DNA of 32,000 nt from Cupriavidus necator. GTDB lineage: Bacteria > Pseudomonadota > Gammaproteobacteria > Burkholderiales > Burkholderiaceae. Of the stretch, positions 1 to 8,369 are shown piece after piece. The position numbers were made by a program, and so were the translations under genes. The first letter of the stretch is position 1. Each line of letters starts with the position of its first letter. Under the pieces are notes generated by a model. The model worked only from the letters and a program-made list of their open reading frames with translations. It did not search any database and had not been told where the DNA came from. Location of the stretch: contig NZ_CP066019.1 of NCBI RefSeq assembly GCF_016127575.1, positions 150,001-182,000 on the forward strand, given 5' to 3'.

Positions 1-507
1 AACAACGCCGGCAACGGCGACACCGGGCTGGCCGCGCTGCTCAAGACCAAGCGCGTGCGCAAGATCATCTGCTCGTTCCCGCGCCAGGCGGATTCCTACG
101 TCTTCGATTCGCTCTACCACGCGGGCGAGATCGAGCTGGAACTGGTGCCCCAGGGCAACCTGGCCGAGCGCATCCGCGCCGCCGGTGCCGGCATCGGCGG
201 CTTCTTCACGCGCACCGCCTACGGCACGCCGCTGGCCGAGGGCAAGGAAACGCGCATCATCGACGGCCAGGGCTATGTGTTCGAGACCCCGATCCACGCC
301 GACTTCGCGCTGATCAAGGCCGACACCGCCGACCGCTGGGGCAACCTTACCTATCGCAAGACTGCGCGCAATTTCGGCCCGATCATGGCGATGGCCGCCA
401 AATGCGCCATCGTGCAAGTCAGCCACGTGGTGGAGCTGGGCGAGATGGACCCCGAACACATCGTGACGCCGGGCCTCTTCGTCAAGCGCGTCGTCAAGGT
501 CGCCTGA
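1..507 (+). CDS. pcaI: 3-oxoadipate CoA-transferase subunit A (5'-truncated by window edge)
   Basis: Frame 1 is open from base 1. The ORF track starts at a GTG at 55, but the family-typical sequence NNAGNGDTGLAALL continues upstream of it. The translation ...SFPRQADSYVFDSLYHAGEIELELVPQGNLAERIRAAG...WGNLTYRKTARNFGPIMAMAA is typical of 3-oxoacid CoA-transferase A subunits and closely resembles Pseudomonas PcaI as I recall it. Subunit B starts 24 nt downstream. Confidence 0.9.
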   Translation, partial: NNAGNGDTGLAALLKTKRVRKIICSFPRQADSYVFDSLYHAGEIELELVPQGNLAERIRAAGAGIGGFFTRTAYGTPLAEGKETRIIDGQGYVFETPIHADFALIKADTADRWGNLTYRKTARNFGPIMAMAAKCAIVQVSHVVELGEMDPEHIVTPGLFVKRVVKVA

Positions 508-531
508 GCGACAGGTAACAGGAGAATCCAG

Positions 532-1173
532 ATGCAACGCCTGACCCGCGATCAGATGGCCGCCCGCGTGGCCAAAGACATTCCCGACGGTGCCGTGGTC
601 AACCTCGGCATCGGCCTGCCGACACTGGTCGGCAACCACCTGCCCGCAGACAAGGAAATCCTGCTGCACAGCGAGAACGGCCTGCTTGGCATGGGCCCCG
701 CGCCCGCGCCCGGCGAGGAAGACGGCGACCTGATCAATGCCGGCAAGCAGCCGGTGACGGTCAAGCCGGGCGGCTCGTTCTTCCATCACGCCGATTCGTT
801 CGCGATGATGCGTGGCGGCCACCTGGACTTCTGCGTGCTGGGTGCGTTCCAGGTCTCAGAGAAGGGCGACCTGGCCAACTGGCACACCGGCGCGCCCGGC
901 GCCATCCCCGCCGTGGGCGGCGCGATGGACCTGGCCATCGGCGCCAAGCAGGTGTTCGTGATGATGGAGCACCAGACCAAGCAGGGCGAGAGCAAGATTG
1001 TGCCGCAGTGCACCTATCCGCTGACCGGCATCGGCTGCGTGACCCGCATCTACACTGACCTTGCGACCATCGACGTGACCGCCGACGGGCTGGTCGCGCG
1101 CGACCTGGTCGAAGGGCTGAGCTTCGATGAACTGCAGCGCATTACCGGCGTTCCCCTGAAGCTGGCCGCCTGA
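532..1173 (+). CDS. pcaJ: 3-oxoadipate CoA-transferase subunit B
   Basis: ATG at 532 preceded by AGGAGA. The translation contains the B-subunit active-site region LHSENGLLGMGP (SENG glutamate). It sits between the A subunit and a PcaF-type thiolase. Confidence 0.9.
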   Translation: MQRLTRDQMAARVAKDIPDGAVVNLGIGLPTLVGNHLPADKEILLHSENGLLGMGPAPAPGEEDGDLINAGKQPVTVKPGGSFFHHADSFAMMRGGHLDFCVLGAFQVSEKGDLANWHTGAPGAIPAVGGAMDLAIGAKQVFVMMEHQTKQGESKIVPQCTYPLTGIGCVTRIYTDLATIDVTADGLVARDLVEGLSFDELQRITGVPLKLAA

Positions 1174-1213
1174 GCGCCGGCATCACCACACACCAAAACG
1201 AGAGAGACACACC

Positions 1214-2416
1214 ATGACCGAAGCCTTTATCTGCGACGCCATCCGCACCCCCATCGGCCGCTACGGCGGCAGCCTGTCCGCGGTGCGCCCGGACGACCTC
1301 GGCGCGGTGCCGCTGAAGGCGCTGATGGCCCGCAATCCGAACCTGGACTGGAAGGCCATCGATGACGTGATCTACGGCAACGCCAACCAGGCCGGCGAAG
1401 ACAACCGCAACGTGGCACGCATGTCGGCGCTGCTGGCGGGCCTGCCGCAAGAGGTGCCGGGCGCCACCATCAACCGCCTGTGCGGCTCCGGCATGGACGC
1501 TACCGGCACCGCCGCGCGCGCCATCAAGGCCGGCGAAGCCACCCTGATGATCGCCGGCGGCGTGGAAAGCATGAGCCGTGCCCCGTTCGTGATGGGCAAG
1601 GCCACCAGCGCGTTCTCGCGCGATGCGCAGATCTTCGACACCACCATCGGCTGGCGCTTCATCAACCCGGCCATGCGCGCGGCCTACGGCGTGGACTCGA
1701 TGCCCGAGACCGCCGAGAACGTCGCCACCGACTACAAGATCAGCCGCGAAGACCAGGACCTGATGGCGCTGCGCAGCCAGGAAAAGGCCTCGCGCGCGCA
1801 GGCCGACGGCACGCTGGCGCAGGAAATAACCCCGGTCACCATCGCCCAGAAGAAGGGCGACCCGATCGTGGTCGAGCGCGACGAGCACCCGCGCGCCACC
1901 AGCATGGAAGCGCTGGCCAAGCTGCGCGGCGTGGTCCGTCCTGACGGCACCGTGACCGCTGGCAATGCCTCGGGCGTGAACGACGGCGCCTGCGCGCTGC
2001 TGCTGGCCAGCGAAGCCGGCCTCAAGCAGCACGGCCTGACCCCGCGCGCCCGCATCGTCGGCATGGCCACCGCCGGCGTGGCGCCGCGCGTGATGGGCAT
2101 CGGCCCGGCACCGGCGTCGCAGAAGCTGCTCAGGCAGCTGGGCATGACCATGGACCAGATCGACGTGATCGAGCTGAACGAAGCGTTCGCCGCGCAAGGC
2201 CTGGCCGTGCTGCGTGAACTGGGCGTGGCCGACGACGACAAGCGCGTCAACCCGAACGGCGGCGCGATCGCGCTGGGCCACCCGCTGGGCATGAGCGGCG
2301 CGCGCCTGGTGACCACCGCGATGTACCAGCTGCATCGCACCGGTGGGCACTTTGCGCTGTGCACGATGTGCATTGGCGTGGGCCAGGGTATTGCGATGGT
2401 GATCGAGCGGGTCTAA
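1214..2416 (+). CDS. pcaF: beta-ketoadipyl-CoA thiolase (thiolase I family)
   Basis: 400 aa. The N-terminus MTEAFICDAIRTPIGRYGGSLSAVRPDDLGA...NQAGEDNRNVARM...NRLCGSG (nucleophilic Cys) and the C-terminal GGAIALGHPLG...CIGVGQG are classic PcaF/PaaJ-type thiolase motifs. The gene lies immediately after pcaIJ. Confidence 0.88.
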   Translation: MTEAFICDAIRTPIGRYGGSLSAVRPDDLGAVPLKALMARNPNLDWKAIDDVIYGNANQAGEDNRNVARMSALLAGLPQEVPGATINRLCGSGMDATGTAARAIKAGEATLMIAGGVESMSRAPFVMGKATSAFSRDAQIFDTTIGWRFINPAMRAAYGVDSMPETAENVATDYKISREDQDLMALRSQEKASRAQADGTLAQEITPVTIAQKKGDPIVVERDEHPRATSMEALAKLRGVVRPDGTVTAGNASGVNDGACALLLASEAGLKQHGLTPRARIVGMATAGVAPRVMGIGPAPASQKLLRQLGMTMDQIDVIELNEAFAAQGLAVLRELGVADDDKRVNPNGGAIALGHPLGMSGARLVTTAMYQLHRTGGHFALCTMCIGVGQGIAMVIERV

Positions 2417-2445
2417 GTCAAGCCAGTTGGAAAGCTGAGGGTGTA

Positions 2446-2473
2446 CTCCCTCTCCCGCAAGCGGGAGAGGGAG
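2446..2473. repeat. REP-like perfect palindrome / stem-loop (ctccctctcccgc-aa-gcgggagagggag)
   Basis: The 13-nt arms are exact reverse complements, read directly from the sequence. It lies 30 nt after the pcaF stop and 34 nt before the SDR start. Confidence 0.6.
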
Positions 2474-2506
2474 CGAGTTAGCGGTAGTTCTTGGAGTGAG
2501 CAAGAG

Positions 2507-3238
2507 ATGTCCCTTCCCGTAGCCACGCTCGTGACCGGCGGCAGTTCCGGTATCGGCCGCGCCATCTGTGAAATGCTGCTGGCCGATGGCGTGACCCAGG
2601 TGGTCAATATCGACTATGCCGAACCGGCCTGGTCGCACCCGAACCTGACTTTCTTCCAGGCCGACCTGACCGATGCCGAGGCGACCCGCGCCGTGGCCGC
2701 GCAGGTGACCTCGCGCTTCGCCGTCACGCGCCTGGTGAACAACGCCGGCGCCACGCGCCCCGGCACCGCCGACACCGCCACCGTCGCCGACCTGGACTAC
2801 GTGACCGCCCTGCACCTGCAGGCCACGCTGCTGCTGACGCAGGCGTGCCTGCCCGCGATGCGTGCCGCCGGCTTTGGCCGCATCGTCAACATGGCCTCGC
2901 GCGCCGCGCTGGGCAAGGCCGAGCGCGTGGTGTACTCCGCCACCAAGGCCGGCCTGATCGGCATGACCCGCACGCTCGCGATGGAGCTGGGCGGCGACGG
3001 CGTCACTGTCAACGCCGTGGCCCCGGGCCCGATCGCCACCGAGCTGTTCCGCAAGAGCAACCCCGAAGGCGCCGAACAGACCCGGCGCATCCTGGCCAGC
3101 ATCACGGTCAAGCGCATGGGTACGCCGGAAGACGTTGCGCGTGCCGCGCTGTTCTTCCTGTCGCCAGACAACGGCTTCGTCACCGGCCAGGTGCTGTACG
3201 TGTGCGGCGGCACCACGCTGGGCGTTGCGCCGGTGTAA
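2507..3238 (+). CDS. short-chain dehydrogenase/reductase (SDR) family oxidoreductase
   Basis: The start is trimmed to the ATG at 2507 (MSLPVATLVTGGSSGIGRAI), because the upstream part of ORF 2441.. runs through the REP palindrome. TGGSSGIG cofactor motif, NNAG, and catalytic YSATKAG (YxxxK). Confidence 0.85.
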   Translation: MSLPVATLVTGGSSGIGRAICEMLLADGVTQVVNIDYAEPAWSHPNLTFFQADLTDAEATRAVAAQVTSRFAVTRLVNNAGATRPGTADTATVADLDYVTALHLQATLLLTQACLPAMRAAGFGRIVNMASRAALGKAERVVYSATKAGLIGMTRTLAMELGGDGVTVNAVAPGPIATELFRKSNPEGAEQTRRILASITVKRMGTPEDVARAALFFLSPDNGFVTGQVLYVCGGTTLGVAPV

Positions 3239-3444
3239 GCAGCGCGCGTCCCAGGCATCCGCATTCAAGCATTCAACAAGAAGAGACGTTAACCAAGCGT
3301 CACGCATGGCGGCCCGTGGCCGGGCCGCCCACCGGATGCGCGCATGTGCGCGCCATCCGTTCGGGAACGGCAATCACGCCATTCAGCACAACCTCCCGCG
3401 GTACCCAATCACCGCCGGAACGATATAGCACCGGAGCATTACCG

Positions 3445-4452
3445 ATGAGACAAGATTCCCAGACCTCCACCACGCGCCGCCGCCTGCTTGCCGCTGGCGT
3501 GGCGCTGGCCACCACCATCGCCGGCTTTGCCGGTGCGGCCCATGCGCAGGGCGGCTACCCGACCAAGCCGATCACCATGATCGTGCCGTTCTCGGCTGGC
3601 GGCACCACCGACATCCTGGCCCGCATCGTCGGCCTGCAGCTGGGCAAGGCGCTCGGCCAGCCGGTGGTGATCGACAACCGTCCGGGCGCGGGCGGCAATA
3701 TCGGCGCCTCGCTGGCGGCCAAGGCGCCTGGCGATGGCTACACGCTGTTCATGGGCACCATCGGCACGCACGCGATCAACCAGTCGCTGTACTCCAAGCT
3801 GCCGTATGACCCGGTCAAGGACTTCGCACCGATCACGCGCGTGGCCATGGTGCCGAACCTGGTGGTGGTGAATCCCAAGGTGCCGGTCAACAACGTCAAG
3901 GAACTGATCACCTACGTCAAGGCCAACCCGGACAAGCTGTCGTACGGCTCGTCGGGCAGCGGTTCGTCGATGCACCTGTCGGGCGAGCTGTTCAACTCCA
4001 TGACCGGCCTGCATATCCAGCACATCCCGTACAAGGGCAGCGCCCCGGCCGTGAACGACCTGCTGGGCAACCAGATCGGCCTGATGTTCGACAACATGCC
4101 GTCGTCGTACCCGCACGTGAAGGCCGGCAAGTTGCGCGCCATCGCCGTGACTTCGGCCAAGCGCTCGCCGGCGCTGCCCAACGTGCCGACCGTGGCCGAA
4201 TCGGGCGTGCCGGGCTATGAGGCCACCTCGTGGTTTGCGCTGTACGCCACCGGCGGCACGCCGCAGCCCATCGTCGACCGCCTCAACGCCGAAGTGGTGA
4301 AGATCCTGGCCATGCCGGAAGTGAAGAAGCAGATGGCCGACCAGGGTGCCGAACCCAACCCGGAAAAGCCGGCCCAGCTGGCCGCGTTCATGAAGTCGGA
4401 GACGGCCAAGTGGGCGAAGGTGGTGAAGGCTTCGGGCGCTACGGTGGATTGA
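3445..4452 (+). CDS. Bug/TctC-family tripartite tricarboxylate transporter substrate-binding protein (periplasmic)
   Basis: The start is trimmed to the ATG at 3445 (MRQDSQTSTTRRRLLAAGVALATTIAGFAGAAHAQ), a signal peptide with a twin-arginine-like TRRRLL. The mature part begins YPTKPITMIVPFSAGGTTDILARI...DNRPGAGG, the hallmark Bug-family N-terminus. The long ORF 2845..4452 is an artefactual 5' extension. Confidence 0.88.
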   Translation: MRQDSQTSTTRRRLLAAGVALATTIAGFAGAAHAQGGYPTKPITMIVPFSAGGTTDILARIVGLQLGKALGQPVVIDNRPGAGGNIGASLAAKAPGDGYTLFMGTIGTHAINQSLYSKLPYDPVKDFAPITRVAMVPNLVVVNPKVPVNNVKELITYVKANPDKLSYGSSGSGSSMHLSGELFNSMTGLHIQHIPYKGSAPAVNDLLGNQIGLMFDNMPSSYPHVKAGKLRAIAVTSAKRSPALPNVPTVAESGVPGYEATSWFALYATGGTPQPIVDRLNAEVVKILAMPEVKKQMADQGAEPNPEKPAQLAAFMKSETAKWAKVVKASGATVD

Positions 4453-4475
4453 TTCACATACAGGCTGCGCCAAAG

Positions 4476-4512
4476 AAAAGCCGGTCCCTGTCGGGGACCG
4501 GCTTTTTGTTTA
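4476..4512. terminator. bidirectional rho-independent terminator between the Bug gene and tcuB
   Basis: aaagccggtccc-tgtcg-gggaccggcttt stem-loop followed by tttgttt on the + strand, with ttttcttt following it on the - strand. It sits between two convergent stop codons. Confidence 0.65.
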
Positions 4513-4551
4513 TGCGTGGGCGGGGACGGCTGCCACTCAATCGCTGCCAAG

Positions 4552-5736
4552 CTACAGCTTGTTTTTCTGCCGCTTTTCGATCGCAGATTTGAGCAGCGCC
4601 GCACTGCGATAGATGCCGTGTGCGAACTTGCCATACGGCAGCGTCGCAAACAACGCCATCACCACGCCAAGGTGGACCGCCAGCAGCAGCGGCATCGCCG
4701 CCGTGCCGCGCCCGGCCAGCAACCCCAGTCCGGTGGCGCTGGTCAGCAGCAGCAGCGCGATGAAGCCGCGGTCCATCGGGCGCTGCCGGGCATCCCCATG
4801 CATCGGGTGCCGGCGCAGGTTCAGCCACAGCAAGCCGGCCGGGCCCACCAGCAGGCCCACGCCGCCGGCGGTGCCCAGCAGCACCGGCAGGCTCGTGACC
4901 GGATAGGGCGCATGCCAGCCCAGCAGATAGTGGTAGCCGGTCGCCACCGCTGTCGACGCAAAGCACAGCATGAAACCGTAGAACGTGAAATGGTGGAAGC
5001 GCCGCCGCGCCAGTGTGAAGCGGTCGCTGGCCTCGTTGCAGCCATCGCCGTGGCCGCCATCGAGGTAGGTCAGTGCCAGCACGTTCCGGGCCGCCTCTGC
5101 CACGGCCGGTGCCGACGCTGTGCCGGCAGAGACATCACGCCAGAAGCGGCGCACGCCCAGGCCAAGCGCAAGCACGGCAAAGCCGAACACACTGCCGAAC
5201 AATGCCGCCAGCGTGTTGTGCGGGAATACCGCGTAGAAATTGCCGCCCTCATGCGTCTGCCACAGCGCGCCGCCCAGCGTGGCGGCGAGTACCAGGAACA
5301 ACGCCAGCCCGAAGGCCAGCGCCACCGACACCGTCAGCCCGTTGCGCTGGTACAGCTTGCCCAGCGGCGCGGGCCATGCATATTCGCTATAGGTTTCCAG
5401 CCGCACCTTTGCCATGGCCTGCGGCACATTGACGCCGAAATCATGCGGCGGCGCGTACTGGCAGGCGTGGTAGCAGGCGCCGCAGTTGTGGCACAGGTTG
5501 GCCAGGTAGTTGACGTCGGCCTTGCCGAACTCCAGCCGGCGGGTCATGGCCGGGAACACCGCGCAGAAGCCTTCGCAGTAGCGGCAGGCATTGCAGATCT
5601 GCATCTGCCGGGCAACTTCGGCCTCATTGTCGGTCAGCGGCAGCACGCGGATGACGCGGGACTGCGGCGCCGGGGCGGCAGCGTCCTGCCCGGCCAGTTG
5701 CGCGGCCTCGCGCGTCAGGGCTTCAAGCTTCTGCAT
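4552..5736 (-). CDS. tcuB: tricarballylate utilization protein B (membrane-anchored 4Fe-4S protein)
   Basis: The start is trimmed to the ATG at 5736 ([10 protein letters not shown]...). Two ferredoxin-type Cys clusters ([15 protein letters not shown] and [16 protein letters not shown]) are followed by several hydrophobic helices. It lies directly downstream of tcuA and overlaps it by 14 nt. Confidence 0.85.
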   Translation of the reverse strand: MQKLEALTREAAQLAGQDAAAPAPQSRVIRVLPLTDNEAEVARQMQICNACRYCEGFCAVFPAMTRRLEFGKADVNYLANLCHNCGACYHACQYAPPHDFGVNVPQAMAKVRLETYSEYAWPAPLGKLYQRNGLTVSVALAFGLALFLVLAATLGGALWQTHEGGNFYAVFPHNTLAALFGSVFGFAVLALGLGVRRFWRDVSAGTASAPAVAEAARNVLALTYLDGGHGDGCNEASDRFTLARRRFHHFTFYGFMLCFASTAVATGYHYLLGWHAPYPVTSLPVLLGTAGGVGLLVGPAGLLWLNLRRHPMHGDARQRPMDRGFIALLLLTSATGLGLLAGRGTAAMPLLLAVHLGVVMALFATLPYGKFAHGIYRSAALLKSAIEKRQKNKL

Positions 5737-7132
5737 GGATGGCTCCCGTGTTGATGCCCGCCGCCAATGCAGCCTGCGTGCCCGCGATGCGCCCGAAGGC
5801 CGTGCCGATCGACATGCCGACACCGGCCGTGTATCCCTTGCCGAGCACGTTGCCGGCCATCATTTCTCCTGCCACGAACAGATTCCCGCTTGGCTTGCCG
5901 CCAAAGTGCATCTGGGCGCGGTCGTTGACCTTGAGCCCCAGGTAAGTGAAGGTGATGCCCGGCCGCAGCGCGTAGCCATAGAACGGCGCCTGGTCGAGCG
6001 GCCTGGCCCAATGCGTCTTGGCTGGTGCCAGGCCTTCGGTGTGGCAGTCGTCCAGCGCGGTATGGTCGAAGCTGCCGACGCGGCACGCCGCGTTGTAGTC
6101 CTGCACCGTGCGCACGAACTGCGCTTCCGGCAGCCCGAGCTTGCGCGCGAGCTCAGGCAGCGTGTCGGCCTTCTCGCCGGGAAACACCGGCGGCATGAAG
6201 CGGCCGATGGCCTTGCTGTCGATGATCGAATAGCCGATCTGCCCGGGCTGCTGCGCCACCAGCCGGCCCCAGATGGCGTAGCGCTTGGGCCAGAAGTCCT
6301 CGCCCTCGTCGTAGAAGCGCACGGCGTCGCGATTGACCACGACGCCCAGCGACACGCAATCGATGCGCGTGCAGATGCCGCCGTCGTACAGCGGCGCGCG
6401 CGCGTCGATGGCGACACAGTGCGATTGCGACGGGTCGCCGATGGCATCGGCGCCCGCGTCGATCATGTAACGCAGCAGCACGCCCTGGTTGAAGCGCGTG
6501 CCGCGGATCAGGAAGTTGTCGGCGGGCCATTCTCCACGTTCATTCCGGCCCCAGGCTTCGCGCAGCCATTCGCGGTTGGATTCGAAGCCGCCCGCGGCCA
6601 GCACGCAGGCGCGCGCGGTGAAGCGCTGGCTGCCGCTGCGCGCGGCGACGAAGCGGTCGCCATCCAGCTCGATCGCATCCACCGGGGTTTCATAGCGGAC
6701 CTGCACCCCCATCGCTTCGGCGCTGCGGTAGTACGCGTTGACCAGAGCCTTGCCGCCACCCATGAAGAAGGCGTTGGTGCGCGCCACGTGCAGCGCACCC
6801 GACAGCGGCGGCTGGAAGCGCACGCCATGCCTGCGCATCCACGGCCGGCAGGTCGATGACGCGCGGATCACCAGCCGCGCCAGGTGTTCGTCGGTGATGC
6901 CGCCGGTGACCTTGAGCAGGTCCTGCCAGTACTCTTCCTCGGGATAGGCATCGACCAGCACGTCCTGCGGCGCGTCGTGCATGCAGCGCAGGTTGCGCGT
7001 GTGCTGGGAGTTGCCGCCGCGCCAGGCGCGCGGCGCGGATTCGAGCAGCAGCACCGAGGCCCCGGCTTCGCGCGCCATCAGCGCCGCGCACAGGGCCGCG
7101 TTGCCGCCGCCAATTACCAATACGTCGACCAT
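5723..7132 (-). CDS. tcuA: FAD-dependent tricarballylate dehydrogenase
   Basis: ATG at 7132 with AGGAGA upstream. The N-terminal dinucleotide fold is [31 protein letters not shown]. The fumarate-reductase/succinate-dehydrogenase-like flavoprotein body and the pairing with a TcuB-type FeS membrane protein match the Salmonella tcuAB arrangement. Confidence 0.88.
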   Translation of the reverse strand: MVDVLVIGGGNAALCAALMAREAGASVLLLESAPRAWRGGNSQHTRNLRCMHDAPQDVLVDAYPEEEYWQDLLKVTGGITDEHLARLVIRASSTCRPWMRRHGVRFQPPLSGALHVARTNAFFMGGGKALVNAYYRSAEAMGVQVRYETPVDAIELDGDRFVAARSGSQRFTARACVLAAGGFESNREWLREAWGRNERGEWPADNFLIRGTRFNQGVLLRYMIDAGADAIGDPSQSHCVAIDARAPLYDGGICTRIDCVSLGVVVNRDAVRFYDEGEDFWPKRYAIWGRLVAQQPGQIGYSIIDSKAIGRFMPPVFPGEKADTLPELARKLGLPEAQFVRTVQDYNAACRVGSFDHTALDDCHTEGLAPAKTHWARPLDQAPFYGYALRPGITFTYLGLKVNDRAQMHFGGKPSGNLFVAGEMMAGNVLGKGYTAGVGMSIGTAFGRIAGTQAALAAGINTGAIHAEA

Positions 7133-7243
7133 GGGGATTGTCTCCTTGCTGGCGCCATCTTGGCGCGCAAGGCGGGCGGGCGCCAGCAGGGGCGCGGCAA
7201 GGGGGCTTCAGCTTTCGTGAAGCCCGGCCGGGGCACAGCCGGC

Positions 7244-8170
7244 TCAGCGCGGGCGCAACGTGGCGCCGGGCCAGCGCCCCTCGCGCACCAGCGTGGTGGC
7301 GACGTCGGCCAGCACCACGCGCGCGGCCAGGCCCGCCGGCGACAGTTCATCGTCGGACAGGCTGACCAGCAGGTTGGGCCGCGTGGCGCCGGCGTCGGTG
7401 ACCAGTATGCTGCGGTAGGGCGTGCCGTGGCTGCGCGCCAGTGCCGCGCCCGGCTGGATGGTGGCGCCCAGGCCACCGCGCACGGCGTCCATCAGGATCG
7501 CCAGCCCGTCGATCTCCGCCACCACCTGGGGTTCGCGCTTCGCCTGGCGAAAGCACGCGGCGACCAGCGCGCGCAGCCCGTGCGAGCCGCTGGGCAGGAT
7601 CAGCGGCAGCTTGCCAAGTGCCGCCACCGAGGTCTGCTCGCCGCGCGGCATGCCGGCCAGCCCCTCGGCGCCGATCACGAACAGCCGCTCATCGAGCAGC
7701 GGCAGCACGCTCCAGCGCTGCGCGGGCTCCTCGCTGAACAGCACCGCCAGGTCGATCTGGCGCGCGCTCAGCATCGTGCCGAGGTAGCCGGACAGGCTCT
7801 CCACCATGCGCAGTCGCACGTCGGGGTAGCGCTCGCGCATGGCCTGCATGAAGGGCAGCGCCAGCACCGCGGCGGTGCTGGGCGGCAGGCCCACGCTGAC
7901 ATGGCCCGACAGGCGCGCCTGCCGCGCGGCCAGCGCGGCATCGTCGATATGGCGCAGCGCCAGCTGGGCCTGGCGCCAGAAGGCCAGCCCGGCGTCGGTG
8001 GCGACCACGCCGGTGGAAGTGCGCTGCAGCAGCCGCGTCGACAGCTCGCTCTCCAGCCGGCTGATCTGCTGGCTCAGCGCGGACGTGACCACGCCCAGCT
8101 CCAGCGCCGCCTTGCCCATGCTGCCGTGCTCGATCACGCTGACGAAGTAGCGCAGTTGCCTCAGTTCCAT
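7244..8170 (-). CDS. LysR-family transcriptional regulator (TcuR-like by position)
   Basis: The start is trimmed to the ATG at 8170 (MELRQLRYFVSVIEHGSMGKAALELGVVTSALSQQISRLE), a canonical LysR wHTH. It lies upstream of tcuAB on the same strand. The functional link to tcu rests on position only. Confidence 0.8.
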   Translation of the reverse strand: MELRQLRYFVSVIEHGSMGKAALELGVVTSALSQQISRLESELSTRLLQRTSTGVVATDAGLAFWRQAQLALRHIDDAALAARQARLSGHVSVGLPPSTAAVLALPFMQAMRERYPDVRLRMVESLSGYLGTMLSARQIDLAVLFSEEPAQRWSVLPLLDERLFVIGAEGLAGMPRGEQTSVAALGKLPLILPSGSHGLRALVAACFRQAKREPQVVAEIDGLAILMDAVRGGLGATIQPGAALARSHGTPYRSILVTDAGATRPNLLVSLSDDELSPAGLAARVVLADVATTLVREGRWPGATLRPR

Positions 8171-8274
8171 GTCGTGTCCCCGCTGCCGCAATTTGCCCGC
8201 ATGGTAGCGGAAAACCTGCCGCAGTTCACGAATCCTGAAGACCCGTTAACGCCCGCCCGATGGCGCGCTTGCCA

Positions 8275-8331
8275 GCGGCTGCGTAGAGTCGCACCGGTCA
8301 GAAACCGGCGGAAGCGACACTACGCAGCCGC
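8275..8331. repeat. 57-nt compound inverted repeat / extended hairpin in the LysR-Bug divergent region
   Basis: The outer 12-bp arms gcggctgcgtag (8275-8286) and ctacgcagccgc (8320-8331) are exact reverse complements. Inside them are further tcgc/gcga and ccggt/accgg pairs around a cagaa loop. The element ends 38 nt before the ATG at 8370. Confidence 0.5.
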
Positions 8332-8369
8332 CATTCCATAACAACATGACTTCCCGCAAAGGAGACTGC

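Noticed and set aside
1-1173. Alternative reading of the CoA-transferase pair as ScoAB (succinyl-CoA:acetoacetate transferase).
   Set aside because: The downstream thiolase has the PcaF/PaaJ-type N-terminus (MTEAFICDAIRTPIGRYGG), and the A subunit closely resembles Pseudomonas PcaI as I recall it. The two families are close, so this needs a phylogeny to settle.
3261-3276. Tandem direct repeat gcattcaa-gcattcaa upstream of the first Bug gene, plus nearby small GC hairpins (ggcggccc-gtggcc-gggccgcc at about 3308-3329).
   Set aside because: Too short to distinguish from chance, and there is no partner site or obvious function. Noted only as a possible promoter-region feature.
1142-3373. 743-aa minus-strand ORF spanning pcaF and the SDR gene.
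   Set aside because: It is antisense to two genes with unmistakable family motifs. The translation is Arg/Ala/Gly/His-rich low-complexity sequence, typical of stop-poor alternative frames in high-GC DNA.
2845-3444. 5' extension of the Bug gene ORF (2845..4452), overlapping the SDR gene and the intergenic region.
   Set aside because: The extension is Arg/Pro-rich and has no family similarity. The Bug signal peptide and mature N-terminus start cleanly at the ATG at 3445.
4516-8341. Long plus-strand ORFs (4516-5754, 5591-6859, 6884-8341) antisense to tcuB, tcuA and the LysR gene.
   Set aside because: These are high-GC antisense frame artefacts. The minus-strand translations carry the FeS, FAD and wHTH motifs.
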